From Promethearchaeota archaeon (GTDB taxonomy: Archaea > Asgardarchaeota > Lokiarchaeia > Sigyniarchaeales > SOKP01), in NCBI GenBank assembly GCA_048938005.1, contig JBHLMQ010000001.1:152925-216924 (forward strand): a stretch of DNA of 64,000 nucleotides, in the 5' to 3' direction. The notes below the pieces were generated by a model. It was given only the letters and a program-made list of their open reading frames with translations, was not told the DNA's origin and made no database searches. Of this stretch, positions 1 through 9,582 are shown in pieces; position 1 is the stretch's first letter; every line of letters starts with the position of its first letter. A program made the position numbers and the translations under genes.

Positions 1-570
1 AACAGCTAACCAAGCAATAATATACAAAAATAATGTTAAGTATTCAGGGCTCATGAATCGCCAAACAATTATATACTTTCTTCCAAACAGTATAAAACCC
101 ATGATAAGAATAATCCAAAAAGAAAAAGCAAAACTTGTATTTATGAAAAACGGATCTTTTAAATAGTAGGAAAATAAGCCAGCTATGAATATAATATTAT
201 ACGTTATTAGAGAAATTATCAAGATTTTGTTCAGAACAGGGTAATTCTTTAATTCAAAAACACCTATCCATAGATATATTGAAAAAGCACCCATTATCGA
301 AGTTAAAAAATCTTTTGAAACGAAATAAATGAGAAAAAAGAAAAAAGCAATCGCAATAATATCACTCATTTCACTTCTCTTACCATTTCTTGCCCATTGA
401 TAAACTTCTTCGATAGTTAATAAATATAGAAAAAGTAATATTAAAAATGTCCAATCAATTAAGAGTGATGATAAATTGAATTGAAAAACAAGAGAATTAA
501 AAATGAAAGATAACCCAACTGAACCTAAGAGATAAATAATAAAAAGCAGATATCTATTTTTTTTTCTCAT
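1..570 (-). CDS. Polytopic membrane protein, partial (runs off the window start)
   Basis: Not in the ORF track. ATG at 570-568; manual translation MRKKNRYLLFIIYLLGSVGLSFIF... stays open to position 1 with several hydrophobic segments. Confidence 0.8.
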   Translation of the reverse strand, partial: MRKKNRYLLFIIYLLGSVGLSFIFNSLVFQFNLSSLLIDWTFLILLFLYLLTIEEVYQWARNGKRSEMSDIIAIAFFFFLIYFVSKDFLTSIMGAFSIYLWIGVFELKNYPVLNKILIISLITYNIIFIAGLFSYYLKDPFFINTSFAFSFWIILIMGFILFGRKYIIVWRFMSPEYLTLFLYIIAWLAV

Positions 571-678
571 AATAAAAACCTTTATTTTATTATTAAAATC
601 ATTATTTGTTTAATATTTCAGATTACATCAATTTTTATTATTCTTTTAAAATTAAAAGTTATTAATAATATTCAATTA

Positions 679-2061
679 TTAACTAGCGGCTTCAACATTC
701 AGATTTCTTTTTTTCATTTTGTCAATCTCCCTCCAGAAATACTTTATAGTAATCAAATACCACAATAATAACACAGGAATAACCAATATAAAAGAAATTA
801 ATAAATTAGTAGGGATTTTTATTATTTTTAGGTCTATATCCCCTAATTCGAGAGGCATAATTACTGTTTCAACTAGTATTAGTAATAAAATAAGAGAAAT
901 TAATAGAATTATCATTAAAAAGATTACTCCTCTAATTCTAGGGAATTTGTATAATATCAAAACTGTAGGGGCAGATAGAATAATTAACACGGTGATTAAG
1001 ACATATATTTCTAAATTCGATGAAGTAAATTGCATAAACAAGATAGATATTATTGAAAAAAATCCGCATATTACAGAAATTGCATAAAAATTTTTAAGTA
1101 ATTCTGGTTCTGTTAATGGTCCTTTTGATAATATTAATCGCGGTAAGGTTAACACAGCATCTTTTTGATCTGAAGCTTTAATTCGATCATCTTCGAGTAA
1201 AACAATATCCTCTTTACTTTCTCTAATATCACTACTTTCAAAAAATCCACGTACGGAATATATATAATAGAAACTATTAAATATGTGGATTAAAAGAGCA
1301 CAGAATGTAGCAACCTCTAATGACCCAAACAGCATAATACATGCAATCATTGCCCCCATACTTAAAGTACCTATATCTCCAGGAAAGATTTTCGCAGGAT
1401 ATTTATTATATATGAAAAAAGGGATTAATATTGCAATAACAGGAACTGCAAAAATTACTGCTTCAGCAGAATCCCAAATTAATCCACAAATAAACAAAAA
1501 AATCACTGCAATTAAACAAGTTCCAGAACCTTCACCATTATATCCTTCTAACATATTTACTGTATTTACAAAAACTGCAATTATAATTGGTACTAAATAT
1601 GGATAAATAATGGTTAATCTTGTTTTATCAATAAAAGGAATTGTAGGCGAAGAGATTGTGATAAATCCAAAAAAATTTGCAAAGAAGATTACACCTCCAG
1701 AAAAAATTGATAATATTATTTTATAACGTGAGCGCAATTTTTTTCTGTCATCAATAAATCCAATGATTCCAGTTAATATAACAGTTAGAAGAAAAATGAT
1801 AATTTCATTAAGAAAAGTAGGAAAGAATATTATTAAAAAAATTGAGGAAACTATAAAACCAATTATTATACTAAGTCCACCAGATTCAGCAACTTCAGGT
1901 TGAGCGTTTTTATGAATATCAAAACCCACATATCCTTTTGTTTTCATGAATTTTATTATAGGAGGGATTATGATATATGTAACAAAAAATCCAATAAGAA
2001 AAATAATTATTAAAAAGAAAATCTCTAAAACACCCATATTCAATTCAGAAAGAGGAATCAT
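679..2061 (-). CDS. aglH: UDP-GlcNAc:dolichyl-phosphate GlcNAc-1-phosphotransferase (AglH/DPAGT1/Alg7-like, glycosyltransferase family 4/MraY superfamily)
   Basis: Motifs GFDIHK, VAESGG, GFIDD, NTVNMLEGYNG, YNKYPAKIFPGDIG; many TM helices. Confidence 0.85.
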   Translation of the reverse strand: MIPLSELNMGVLEIFFLIIIFLIGFFVTYIIIPPIIKFMKTKGYVGFDIHKNAQPEVAESGGLSIIIGFIVSSIFLIIFFPTFLNEIIIFLLTVILTGIIGFIDDRKKLRSRYKIILSIFSGGVIFFANFFGFITISSPTIPFIDKTRLTIIYPYLVPIIIAVFVNTVNMLEGYNGEGSGTCLIAVIFLFICGLIWDSAEAVIFAVPVIAILIPFFIYNKYPAKIFPGDIGTLSMGAMIACIMLFGSLEVATFCALLIHIFNSFYYIYSVRGFFESSDIRESKEDIVLLEDDRIKASDQKDAVLTLPRLILSKGPLTEPELLKNFYAISVICGFFSIISILFMQFTSSNLEIYVLITVLIILSAPTVLILYKFPRIRGVIFLMIILLISLILLLILVETVIMPLELGDIDLKIIKIPTNLLISFILVIPVLLLWYLITIKYFWREIDKMKKRNLNVEAAS

Positions 2062-2187
2062 TTTTCTTACATATTATATTTAATTTTTAATAAATCTCAT
2101 TTGTATTACAGATTGTAGAGATAAAAAATTAAAATATTTAATGTATTAAAATTTTTTATTTTTTAATTTGGGAGACATAAAAATTAA

Positions 2188-2320
2188 TAGCCCGGCACGG
2201 ATTCGAACCGTGTTCGCTATACACCTCATAGTGGGATGCATAGTCGCGGGGTTCAAAGCCCCAAATGCTTGGCCATTTTGCTTAATACATAAGTTATGTA
2301 TTAATCTACACCACCGGGCT
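2188..2320 (-). tRNA. tRNA-Gln(TTG) with two 30-nt introns (about 2276-2305 in the D-loop; about 2213-2242 at the variable region/T-stem)
   Basis: Removing both inserts gives a 73-nt cloverleaf: AGCCCGG TG GTGTAG TGGCCAAGCAT T TGGGG CTTTGAA CCCCG CGAC CACGG TTCGAAT CCGTG CCGGGCT A. Confidence 0.9.
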
Positions 2321-2347
2321 AAGAGAATAAATCTTGGTAATGACTTT

Positions 2348-2992
2348 TTATCTCTCTCTCGAGTTTTTTAAAATATTAAATGGTTTTAGATCTTGATCAA
2401 AAAATTTTTCATCTAATAAATCTTTATTGGTTTTAAGGAACTCAATTTCTTGTTTTTTATTGCGATATTTATCTGGTAAAATCTGCGGAATAGTTTCTAT
2501 AATAGGATACCAACGCTTACAATTACTACAAAATAATATACCAGATTCTATATCAATATCCAATTTAATTTTATTTATAAAAAAAAGTTCTGGTAAAATT
2601 GTTTCTAATTCGTTGAAGTTAAATTTTTTGGAAAATTCTAAAAGTTTTAGCTTAACTTCAGAATTTATAAGTTTAAAACATTTTTTACTTAATATATTTG
2701 TAGAATTATCAAATACATTTTCAAATTCATTTATACTCGAGATAATTTGCTCAAGATAATTTATGAGTTTAGTTTTCTCAATAACAATATTATCCTTCAC
2801 ATAGAATTCTCCATCTTCGTTATAAATATCAATTATTTCTTCCTTTTTAATAAAGCTGAGATCTCGGTTTTCATATTTATCAATAATAGATTGAAATTCT
2901 TCTGGTTTATTTTCAAAAGAAAAAATGTATAATTTTAAAGGAAAGTATTTATCAATAGGACACGCCAATATATCAAAGAGCCATGGTTTCAT
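2348..2992 (-). CDS. trm112: Trm112 family methyltransferase activator with a long helical insertion
   Basis: N-terminal MKPWLFDILACPIDK and C-terminal ESGILFCSNCKRWYPIIETIPQILPD. Confidence 0.85.
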   Translation of the reverse strand: MKPWLFDILACPIDKYFPLKLYIFSFENKPEEFQSIIDKYENRDLSFIKKEEIIDIYNEDGEFYVKDNIVIEKTKLINYLEQIISSINEFENVFDNSTNILSKKCFKLINSEVKLKLLEFSKKFNFNELETILPELFFINKIKLDIDIESGILFCSNCKRWYPIIETIPQILPDKYRNKKQEIEFLKTNKDLLDEKFFDQDLKPFNILKNSRER

Positions 2993-3017
2993 AAATTCTT
3001 ACACACATAAAGAATTC

Positions 3018-4865
3018 TTATAAAGTATAACTCCTTAACTGTTGAAGTAACTTATCAATTGTTCGATCAATTTTTTTTCTTCGTTTTTTGATTTTATCTG
3101 ATAAATTTTGATATGCTGCTCTAGAAGGCACTCTACCTCTCTTATATCTAGATTCTAGAAGGCTTAGACTATCTTTAACACTTATTCTCTCCGCTTCAAG
3201 AACATCTAATTTTTTTATTATATTTTCAAAAGTTTCATTTGTCTCTATTATTATTTTTTTAAACGGAATTATCTCTTGTTGTATTTCTTCAATTTTCGAT
3301 TTATTTTTATCTAAGATATTTTTATATTTCTTTTTTGCCATTTTTTTTCGTTTAGTATCTTCTTCTGCTTGTCTAATTTCCAAGGTTAAAGCATTTTTTT
3401 CTTCGTATAAAGAAGAAAATTCTCTAATTTCGTTAACAGGAATAAATTCTCTTATTATCATAGCTTTATCATATTGTTTCTTTCTTGTTTTAGTAATTAA
3501 AACAAAAATTGAAGCAGATATAGCTATTATTAATATAAATATAACAGGTCTAAGAAGTATGTAAAAAGGATCTATAGTAAATGTAAATTGGATTAACATT
3601 TCTTCAATAGGAGTGACAAAATCGGATTTATATACAATTATAGTAGTTCCCTGAGATATTTTAATGGTATCTGGAGGATTGGTAATTGAATTGATATTTT
3701 GACACCCATCAATTATCACATTAATAGTTTGATCCCTTCCTAAATAATCATATACAGTTGTTAATAAATCGATCTTTACTGATTCTTGGAACCAATTTTG
3801 TGAAACATAATTTTCAAACGGTAAATTATATTCCACTTTAAAATTCCATATTGAATTAGGTGTCATATTGAGGCGATTTACAAATAAATTAATTCTCACA
3901 GTTTTATATTTTGAAGTTCCTGAATTTTCAATTGTAATTCCTAATATTTCTCCTAAATCATCTGATATATATAGATTGTCAGCATTTTTGGGAATTTTAA
4001 ATGAAACTCTATAAAAATCTATTTTACCTAAATTTTGTATTGAGAAATCTTCTTTAACTCTTATTATCCCCCATGGCGAGATAAAAATGTTACGGTTTAT
4101 TTCTATCATCTCTGTTTTTGTTGCGGAGGAGTCAGTAAAAGAGATTTTAGAATTCTTTTTGTCTCCTAAATTTTCCAAAAAAGGAGCTATAAAATCAGCA
4201 CCAATTTCATTCTTTATGGTATTAAAATTAAATCTGACGAGATGGCGTCCATCATCGACAACACCCCAATCCGATTGTCCTCCTGATGCACTTATAGGAT
4301 AATGAAAAATGGCTATTATTTTACCCTCTAACCTGTAAGGTAAAAGTGGATAAACCGTTACTAAAGAGCTTACAGGTTGCGGATTACTCTTCCCGTAGGA
4401 GGGTATATCTTTATAAATATAGTAGATCCTTATTCTTCTTGTTTGATGTGGTAATAGAGGGGAATTAAAATAAATAACTATTAGTTCATGTCCATTCATT
4501 ATCATATAAGGACTTTCAGTCAATAAGGTATTTTGATCCGTTCCCATGGCTTTAAAAAAAACTAAATCGTCAGATAGATCCACCGGAATTCCATAAAAAA
4601 ATGAAGAAATCGGATTATTATTGAAATTTTTAATTTCTAATGAATCATTAATACTTATTAAACCTGTAAGACTTATATTAACTTGTCTATTAACTTGTGT
4701 AATTAATACATTTTCTATTCCTTCCAAACTGGAGGAATTTTCTAATTTACTATTTTTTTTGTAATTTGGATATTCTAGATTTGAATTATCTGCCAAGAAT
4801 GAAAATATCACTATAAATAATAGAAATCCCGCGAAAAGTAATAATATTTTATCTCTTTTTAACAT
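3018..4865 (-). CDS. Ribophorin I (RPN1/Ost1)-like oligosaccharyltransferase subunit
   Basis: N-terminal hydrophobic signal; two related luminal domains (VNRQVNISLTGLISINDSL and INRNIFISPWGIIRVKEDF, compare RPN1 R.IEVSHWGNI.VEE); one TM; cytosolic coiled-coil tail. Confidence 0.75.
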   Translation of the reverse strand: MLKRDKILLLFAGFLLFIVIFSFLADNSNLEYPNYKKNSKLENSSSLEGIENVLITQVNRQVNISLTGLISINDSLEIKNFNNNPISSFFYGIPVDLSDDLVFFKAMGTDQNTLLTESPYMIMNGHELIVIYFNSPLLPHQTRRIRIYYIYKDIPSYGKSNPQPVSSLVTVYPLLPYRLEGKIIAIFHYPISASGGQSDWGVVDDGRHLVRFNFNTIKNEIGADFIAPFLENLGDKKNSKISFTDSSATKTEMIEINRNIFISPWGIIRVKEDFSIQNLGKIDFYRVSFKIPKNADNLYISDDLGEILGITIENSGTSKYKTVRINLFVNRLNMTPNSIWNFKVEYNLPFENYVSQNWFQESVKIDLLTTVYDYLGRDQTINVIIDGCQNINSITNPPDTIKISQGTTIIVYKSDFVTPIEEMLIQFTFTIDPFYILLRPVIFILIIAISASIFVLITKTRKKQYDKAMIIREFIPVNEIREFSSLYEEKNALTLEIRQAEEDTKRKKMAKKKYKNILDKNKSKIEEIQQEIIPFKKIIIETNETFENIIKKLDVLEAERISVKDSLSLLESRYKRGRVPSRAAYQNLSDKIKKRRKKIDRTIDKLLQQLRSYTL

Positions 4866-5019
4866 AATAATTTTTTGAAAACTTAAATTATCCTAAAATA
4901 ATTAAAATTAAATATAAAAATTTATTAAATTTTTTTTCATATTTCAAGATAAAATTTTATATGTTTTCTGTAATTACTTTAAAACATAATTTTAGTAAAA
5001 TTTTCTATTAGTTTTGGTT

Positions 5020-5244
5020 ATGTCATCTCGTGGAACTCAATCAAGACGTAAAAAAAGAAGAAGTGGAACTTCTCCCATGCCAATGGCAGGGGCAGGATTG
5101 ATGAGATTCTTTCAAGATAGTTCAGTTGGGATTAAAATTGGCCCCATAAGTACTGTTCTGTTATCCTTAGCCTTAATTATAGTAGTAATTCTAGCACACG
5201 TAGGTGTATTTAGTTGGTTATTTACCCCTGGCGGTGGAGGATAG
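5020..5244 (+). CDS. secG: Preprotein translocase subunit Sec61beta
   Basis: AGLMRFFQDSSVGIKIGP followed by one TM helix; ATG at 5020 preferred over the TTG at 5014. Confidence 0.9.
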   Translation: MSSRGTQSRRKKRRSGTSPMPMAGAGLMRFFQDSSVGIKIGPISTVLLSLALIIVVILAHVGVFSWLFTPGGGG

Positions 5245-5290
5245 TATTTTTTTCTCCTAATTCAACATTAATTAACTTTTCTTAGTTTAA

Positions 5291-5584
5291 ATGAGAATTT
5301 CAGAATTTCAACAATTAATCAAAGATCTTTACTTAAATCGAGATAAAGGTAGAGGTATCCAATCTACTTTTATTTGGCTAATAGAAGAAATTGGAGAATT
5401 TGCCCGGATTTTAAAAAGTAAAGAAGTTGATTTGGTGAAGGCTTCAGAAGAATTAGCTGATATAATTGCTTGGACAAATTCATTAGCAAATTTATTAGAT
5501 ATTGATCTTGAATTTGCTTTATCAAACAAATATCCAGACATGTGTCTAAAGTGTAAATCTAATCCATGTATTTGTAGGAAGTAA
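5291..5584 (+). CDS. MazG-like nucleotide pyrophosphohydrolase
   Basis: WLIEEIGE and EELADIIAW motifs; C-terminal CxxC-x3-CxC. Confidence 0.85.
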   Translation: MRISEFQQLIKDLYLNRDKGRGIQSTFIWLIEEIGEFARILKSKEVDLVKASEELADIIAWTNSLANLLDIDLEFALSNKYPDMCLKCKSNPCICRK

Positions 5585-5706
5585 CAGATTCAATTAGAGA
5601 CACAGAGAATAATAATATTTAAATTAAGCAAATCCTATAAACTTTCAAAATTTCTAAAAAACACAATTACATTTATATAAAAAATTTTAATTATAATATC
5701 TTTTTA

Positions 5707-6825
5707 GTGCTTACTATGAGCTTATCTGATAAAAAAATTTGGATAGACGTTGAGCAACCTAAAACTGCCATAATGTTTAAATCCCTATTCAGAATGTTTG
5801 AAAAAGAAGAAACAGAGCTTTTAATAACAGCCAGAGATTATGATTCAACATATCAAATTCTAGACGATTTTGGAGTAGAATACAAAAAAATTGGCAGGCA
5901 TGGAGGTGGGAAATTAGAGGACAAATTGGAAACATACATAAGTCGATTAACACATCTTTTTCCTATAATTAAGAAATTTTCACCCGATTATTTCGTTACT
6001 TTTCTATCTGTGGAAGGGACAAGAATTGCATATGGATTAAAAATTCCTTCTATTGGCATGAATGACGAACCGCGCAATGAACCTGTATGTAAATTGATAC
6101 ATCCATTTATAGGAAACATTATAACTCCCGAATGTATACCTAAAGATTTGTATATAAGGCTTTATGCTGATCCAGAGAAAATTATTAGATATAATGGACT
6201 TGATGAAATTGCTTGGCTTTCAGAATATAATCCTAATCCACAAATTCTTGAAGAATTTGATATCAAAAAAGGAAAATTTTTAATAATAAGGACAGAACCA
6301 ACTAATGCTTGTTATTTAATTGATAAACTAAAAACAGAAGAAACTTTAATAAGTCAATTTTTTCCACCAATTTATAAAAAGTTCCCGAATCACAAATACT
6401 TCCTTTTAGTTCGTTCAAAAAAACAAGAACAATTCCTTTCAAAAAAGCTTAAAATATTTATTAAAGAAAAAAATGTTATAATAACCCAATATTTGCCAAA
6501 TCTTGTTGATTTATGTTTTTATGGAGCTTTGATAATAAGTGGAGGAGGGACAATTGTAAGGGAATCCAGTTTATTAAATGTACCAAGTATAGAATTTTTT
6601 CCAGGAGAATCAGCACCACAAGAGATATTTTTAATAAAAAATGGTTTTCCTCTAGAACATATACATGACTCAAACATATTAGTTGAAAGGACTATAGATA
6701 TCCTCAATCAAGGACCTTCTCCAGAAAGATTTAAGATTAGTTCATTTAAAGATAAAATCAGCCAATTCGAAAATCCTATCGAAATATGTTTTAACCATGT
6801 AAAAAACAAAATGAGGAATAAGTAA
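5707..6825 (+). CDS. DUF354 family GT-B fold protein
   Basis: KIWID, ITARDY, IGRHGG, SGGGTIVRESSLLNVPSI. Confidence 0.8.
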   Translation: MLTMSLSDKKIWIDVEQPKTAIMFKSLFRMFEKEETELLITARDYDSTYQILDDFGVEYKKIGRHGGGKLEDKLETYISRLTHLFPIIKKFSPDYFVTFLSVEGTRIAYGLKIPSIGMNDEPRNEPVCKLIHPFIGNIITPECIPKDLYIRLYADPEKIIRYNGLDEIAWLSEYNPNPQILEEFDIKKGKFLIIRTEPTNACYLIDKLKTEETLISQFFPPIYKKFPNHKYFLLVRSKKQEQFLSKKLKIFIKEKNVIITQYLPNLVDLCFYGALIISGGGTIVRESSLLNVPSIEFFPGESAPQEIFLIKNGFPLEHIHDSNILVERTIDILNQGPSPERFKISSFKDKISQFENPIEICFNHVKNKMRNK

Positions 6826-6839
6826 AAGTTCTTAATAGG

Positions 6840-7952
6840 TTAAGCATCATCTAAAAACTTTTGATATATTACTTCAAGTTTCTTCCCAACTGAATCCCAA
6901 CTATATCTTTTTACAAATTCTTGAGCTTTCTCAATTAAAGTTCTTCTCCTATTGTCATCTTTTAACAAATTTACAATTTCTTTAGCTAATTGTTGAGGAT
7001 TCCTTGGAGGAACAAATATTGCATTATCTTGTAAAACTTCACGATAGGCAATCATTGATGAACAAATAACTGGAGTTCCACAGGTAATCGCTTCGATCGG
7101 TGTTAGGCCAAAACCTTCAGAAGCATAAGAATAAGTTATGAAAATATCACCCATCGAGTAATAAATGGGAATCTCTTTATCGGAAACAAATCCTACAAAA
7201 TAAATTTTCTTGTATTTTTGTTTCCATTCTTGGTAAAGTTTCTCCATCGAAAAATCTGGTTTACCACCCATAACTAAATTTAAATTATGGATCTCTTTTT
7301 TTGCGATTTTATAAGCTTTTATGATATCATTTACTCCCTTGTATTTGGCTATACGCCCGATATATAGAAGTACTGGCCCCTTAATATTTAGTTTTTCTTT
7401 TAATTCCTGAGCTTCTTTAGGAAGCGGGCGATACTTTTTTTCAATCGCAGAATAGAGATTGAAAATATTATCAAAATTCACTTTAGGTATATAATATTTA
7501 ATTTCTCTCCTAATAAACTCAGAACACGTTGTAATATATGTTGATTTATTAACAGCATATTTAATAAAGAATTTTTCTATAGGAATTCTTGTAAATCTTG
7601 TTTCAAATGGACCTAAATCGTGAATTGTGGATATAAATCGCTTTTGATTGGCCAAAATAATAGGTAAAACTCCTTTTGGACTATTGCCATGGATAATGTC
7701 AAACTTATGTTGTCTGAGATATTTAATAGTATGTATATTAAATTGTGGAAACCAAAAAAAACGCTTTCTTATTATATTTATTTGCAAAATATTTGGATCT
7801 GAAAGTTCAATATTCCATTTACCTGTAATTAGTTTTACCTTATGACCCTGATTTTTTAGGTAATTATAAATTCCAGCAAAAAACTTAGCTGCCCCATCTT
7901 GAGTATCAGGAGCAATTGTTAAGGAGACTAAACAAATATTTAATTTTTCCAT
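6840..7952 (-). CDS. Glycosyltransferase, CAZy GT4 type
   Basis: YIGRIAKYKG and SEGFGLTPIEAITCGTPV (EX7E motif). Confidence 0.9.
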   Translation of the reverse strand: MEKLNICLVSLTIAPDTQDGAAKFFAGIYNYLKNQGHKVKLITGKWNIELSDPNILQINIIRKRFFWFPQFNIHTIKYLRQHKFDIIHGNSPKGVLPIILANQKRFISTIHDLGPFETRFTRIPIEKFFIKYAVNKSTYITTCSEFIRREIKYYIPKVNFDNIFNLYSAIEKKYRPLPKEAQELKEKLNIKGPVLLYIGRIAKYKGVNDIIKAYKIAKKEIHNLNLVMGGKPDFSMEKLYQEWKQKYKKIYFVGFVSDKEIPIYYSMGDIFITYSYASEGFGLTPIEAITCGTPVICSSMIAYREVLQDNAIFVPPRNPQQLAKEIVNLLKDDNRRRTLIEKAQEFVKRYSWDSVGKKLEVIYQKFLDDA

Positions 7953-7994
7953 GTAACTTTAACAAGATCTTTTAATTAATATTCATAGATTGTT

Positions 7995-8972
7995 TTAGGT
8001 TAATTGTTCAAACCCATCTTCATTTATTAGGATTGTTTCTTCTGATTGTGCCACATAAACACCTCTTTTTTCTGCTAAAACATTATGGGCCTGTAATTTC
8101 CCTTGTTGTACTAATTCTTGGAGACCAAAAGCCACCCCTAATCTAAATTCTTTTGCTAACCATCTCTCAGCAAATGGCAATGTTTTATAGTATTTGTTAA
8201 TAAATCCTAATATTTGTTTAGAAGTCTTTCTGCGTAGAGGCACTCTTCCTGCGTAAGGATTTATTTCATAAATGTATGAATATTGAGTATTATGAACTGA
8301 ACCTTCGCCAGTGCTCGCGAATATTTCAATAGAAAAAACTTCACCGGCTTCCATTATATCACCTCCTTGAGATCCTAATTCAGGTAGTCGTTTTTTTCCA
8401 TGAACTGTCCATCTTTCAATTTGATGTCCCCCTAGTTCTCTTATTGGATTATATTTAAAACCCTTAACAATATCTTCAATCTTTTTACCCATATCTCGCG
8501 TATTTGTTTTTGGTTTAGCCATCATCTTAGCTGCATCAAGAGCAACTTCAGTAGATTGTATAATATTTTCCAGGATTTCATCTTCACTAAAATTAACAGT
8601 AAAAGCAGTATCAACAATATATCCTTCTATATGGACCCCCAAATCGATTTTAACTAAATCTCCCTCATTAATTTCTAATCCATCATCTTTGATAGGAGAT
8701 GTATAATGCGCAGCAATGTTATTTATACATAAATTAACTGGAAAGGCACTTGATCCTTCTAATTCCTCAATTTTTGCTTCAGTCTCAGAGATTAAATCTA
8801 TTACTTTTCTCCCTATTTTGATTTTAGGCTTAATGTACTTTTTTACTTCTTGAGCAATTTTCCCAGCTTTTTGAAGAGATTCAATTTTTAATTTTTCCTC
8901 TTCTTCTTTTTCTAACTCTTCCTTACTTTTTTCTTCTTGAGTTTCACTTTTCACATTTTGATTCTCGGTCAT
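7995..8972 (-). CDS. map: Methionine aminopeptidase type II
   Basis: AFPVNLCINNIAAHYT, KIDLGVHIEGYIVDTAFT, LGGHQI, SIEIFASTGEG. Confidence 0.95.
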   Translation of the reverse strand: MTENQNVKSETQEEKSKEELEKEEEEKLKIESLQKAGKIAQEVKKYIKPKIKIGRKVIDLISETEAKIEELEGSSAFPVNLCINNIAAHYTSPIKDDGLEINEGDLVKIDLGVHIEGYIVDTAFTVNFSEDEILENIIQSTEVALDAAKMMAKPKTNTRDMGKKIEDIVKGFKYNPIRELGGHQIERWTVHGKKRLPELGSQGGDIMEAGEVFSIEIFASTGEGSVHNTQYSYIYEINPYAGRVPLRRKTSKQILGFINKYYKTLPFAERWLAKEFRLGVAFGLQELVQQGKLQAHNVLAEKRGVYVAQSEETILINEDGFEQLT

Positions 8973-9137
8973 TAAAATAACTAATGCGAATTTTGATAAA
9001 AATATTTTTTAAATAAGTATTAACTTTATTAATAAAGTTTATATTAAAATTAGATTAAAATTAAAAATAAAAACAACATTATAATATTATTATCTTATTA
9101 GATCATTAACCTACTATTTTTTTAAGTTGATAAATCT

Positions 9138-9509
9138 TTGAGCGAAAACATCAGCGAACTCATCGATCTTTTAAGGCGAATGGAAGCCGTTAACTCAGAC
9201 ATTCAAGGTTCTGCAATTGTTAGCGTACAAGGGCTTCCAATTTGTTCAGTGCTTGCAAGAGACGTAAATGACGGTATTGTTAGTGCGATGTCAGCAGCTA
9301 TTCTGAGTGTATCAGAAAGGGCAGTAGAAGAACTTGCTCGTGGAGATCTAAAGCGAATTCTTATAGAGGGTGTTGATGGAATCATTATTTTATCAAAGGC
9401 AGGCGAAAATGCTATTCTTTGTACTTTAGCAAAAAGCGATGCTTCGCTTGGTATGGTTTTTCTAAATATCCAGAGTGTTTCTAAAAAAATTTCTGAATTA
9501 TTGGATTAA
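9138..9509 (+). CDS. Roadblock/LC7 (MglB-like) domain protein
   Basis: IQGSAIVSVQGLPI, SAMSAAILSVSERAVEEL, ASLGMVF; TTG start. Confidence 0.92.
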   Translation: MSENISELIDLLRRMEAVNSDIQGSAIVSVQGLPICSVLARDVNDGIVSAMSAAILSVSERAVEELARGDLKRILIEGVDGIIILSKAGENAILCTLAKSDASLGMVFLNIQSVSKKISELLD

Positions 9510-9582
9510 TCTAATCTGATAATGTTTGTTAGATTGAAGCAATAGTTTTATTTTCTAAATATTATTTTATCCTATTAATTAT

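Noticed and set aside
2168-2371. 67-aa ORF on the + strand
   Set aside because: It is antisense to the intron-containing tRNA-Gln.
9508-9545. Hairpin after the roadblock gene
   Set aside because: A weak AU/GU-rich stem; plausible 3' UTR structure but not supportable as a feature.
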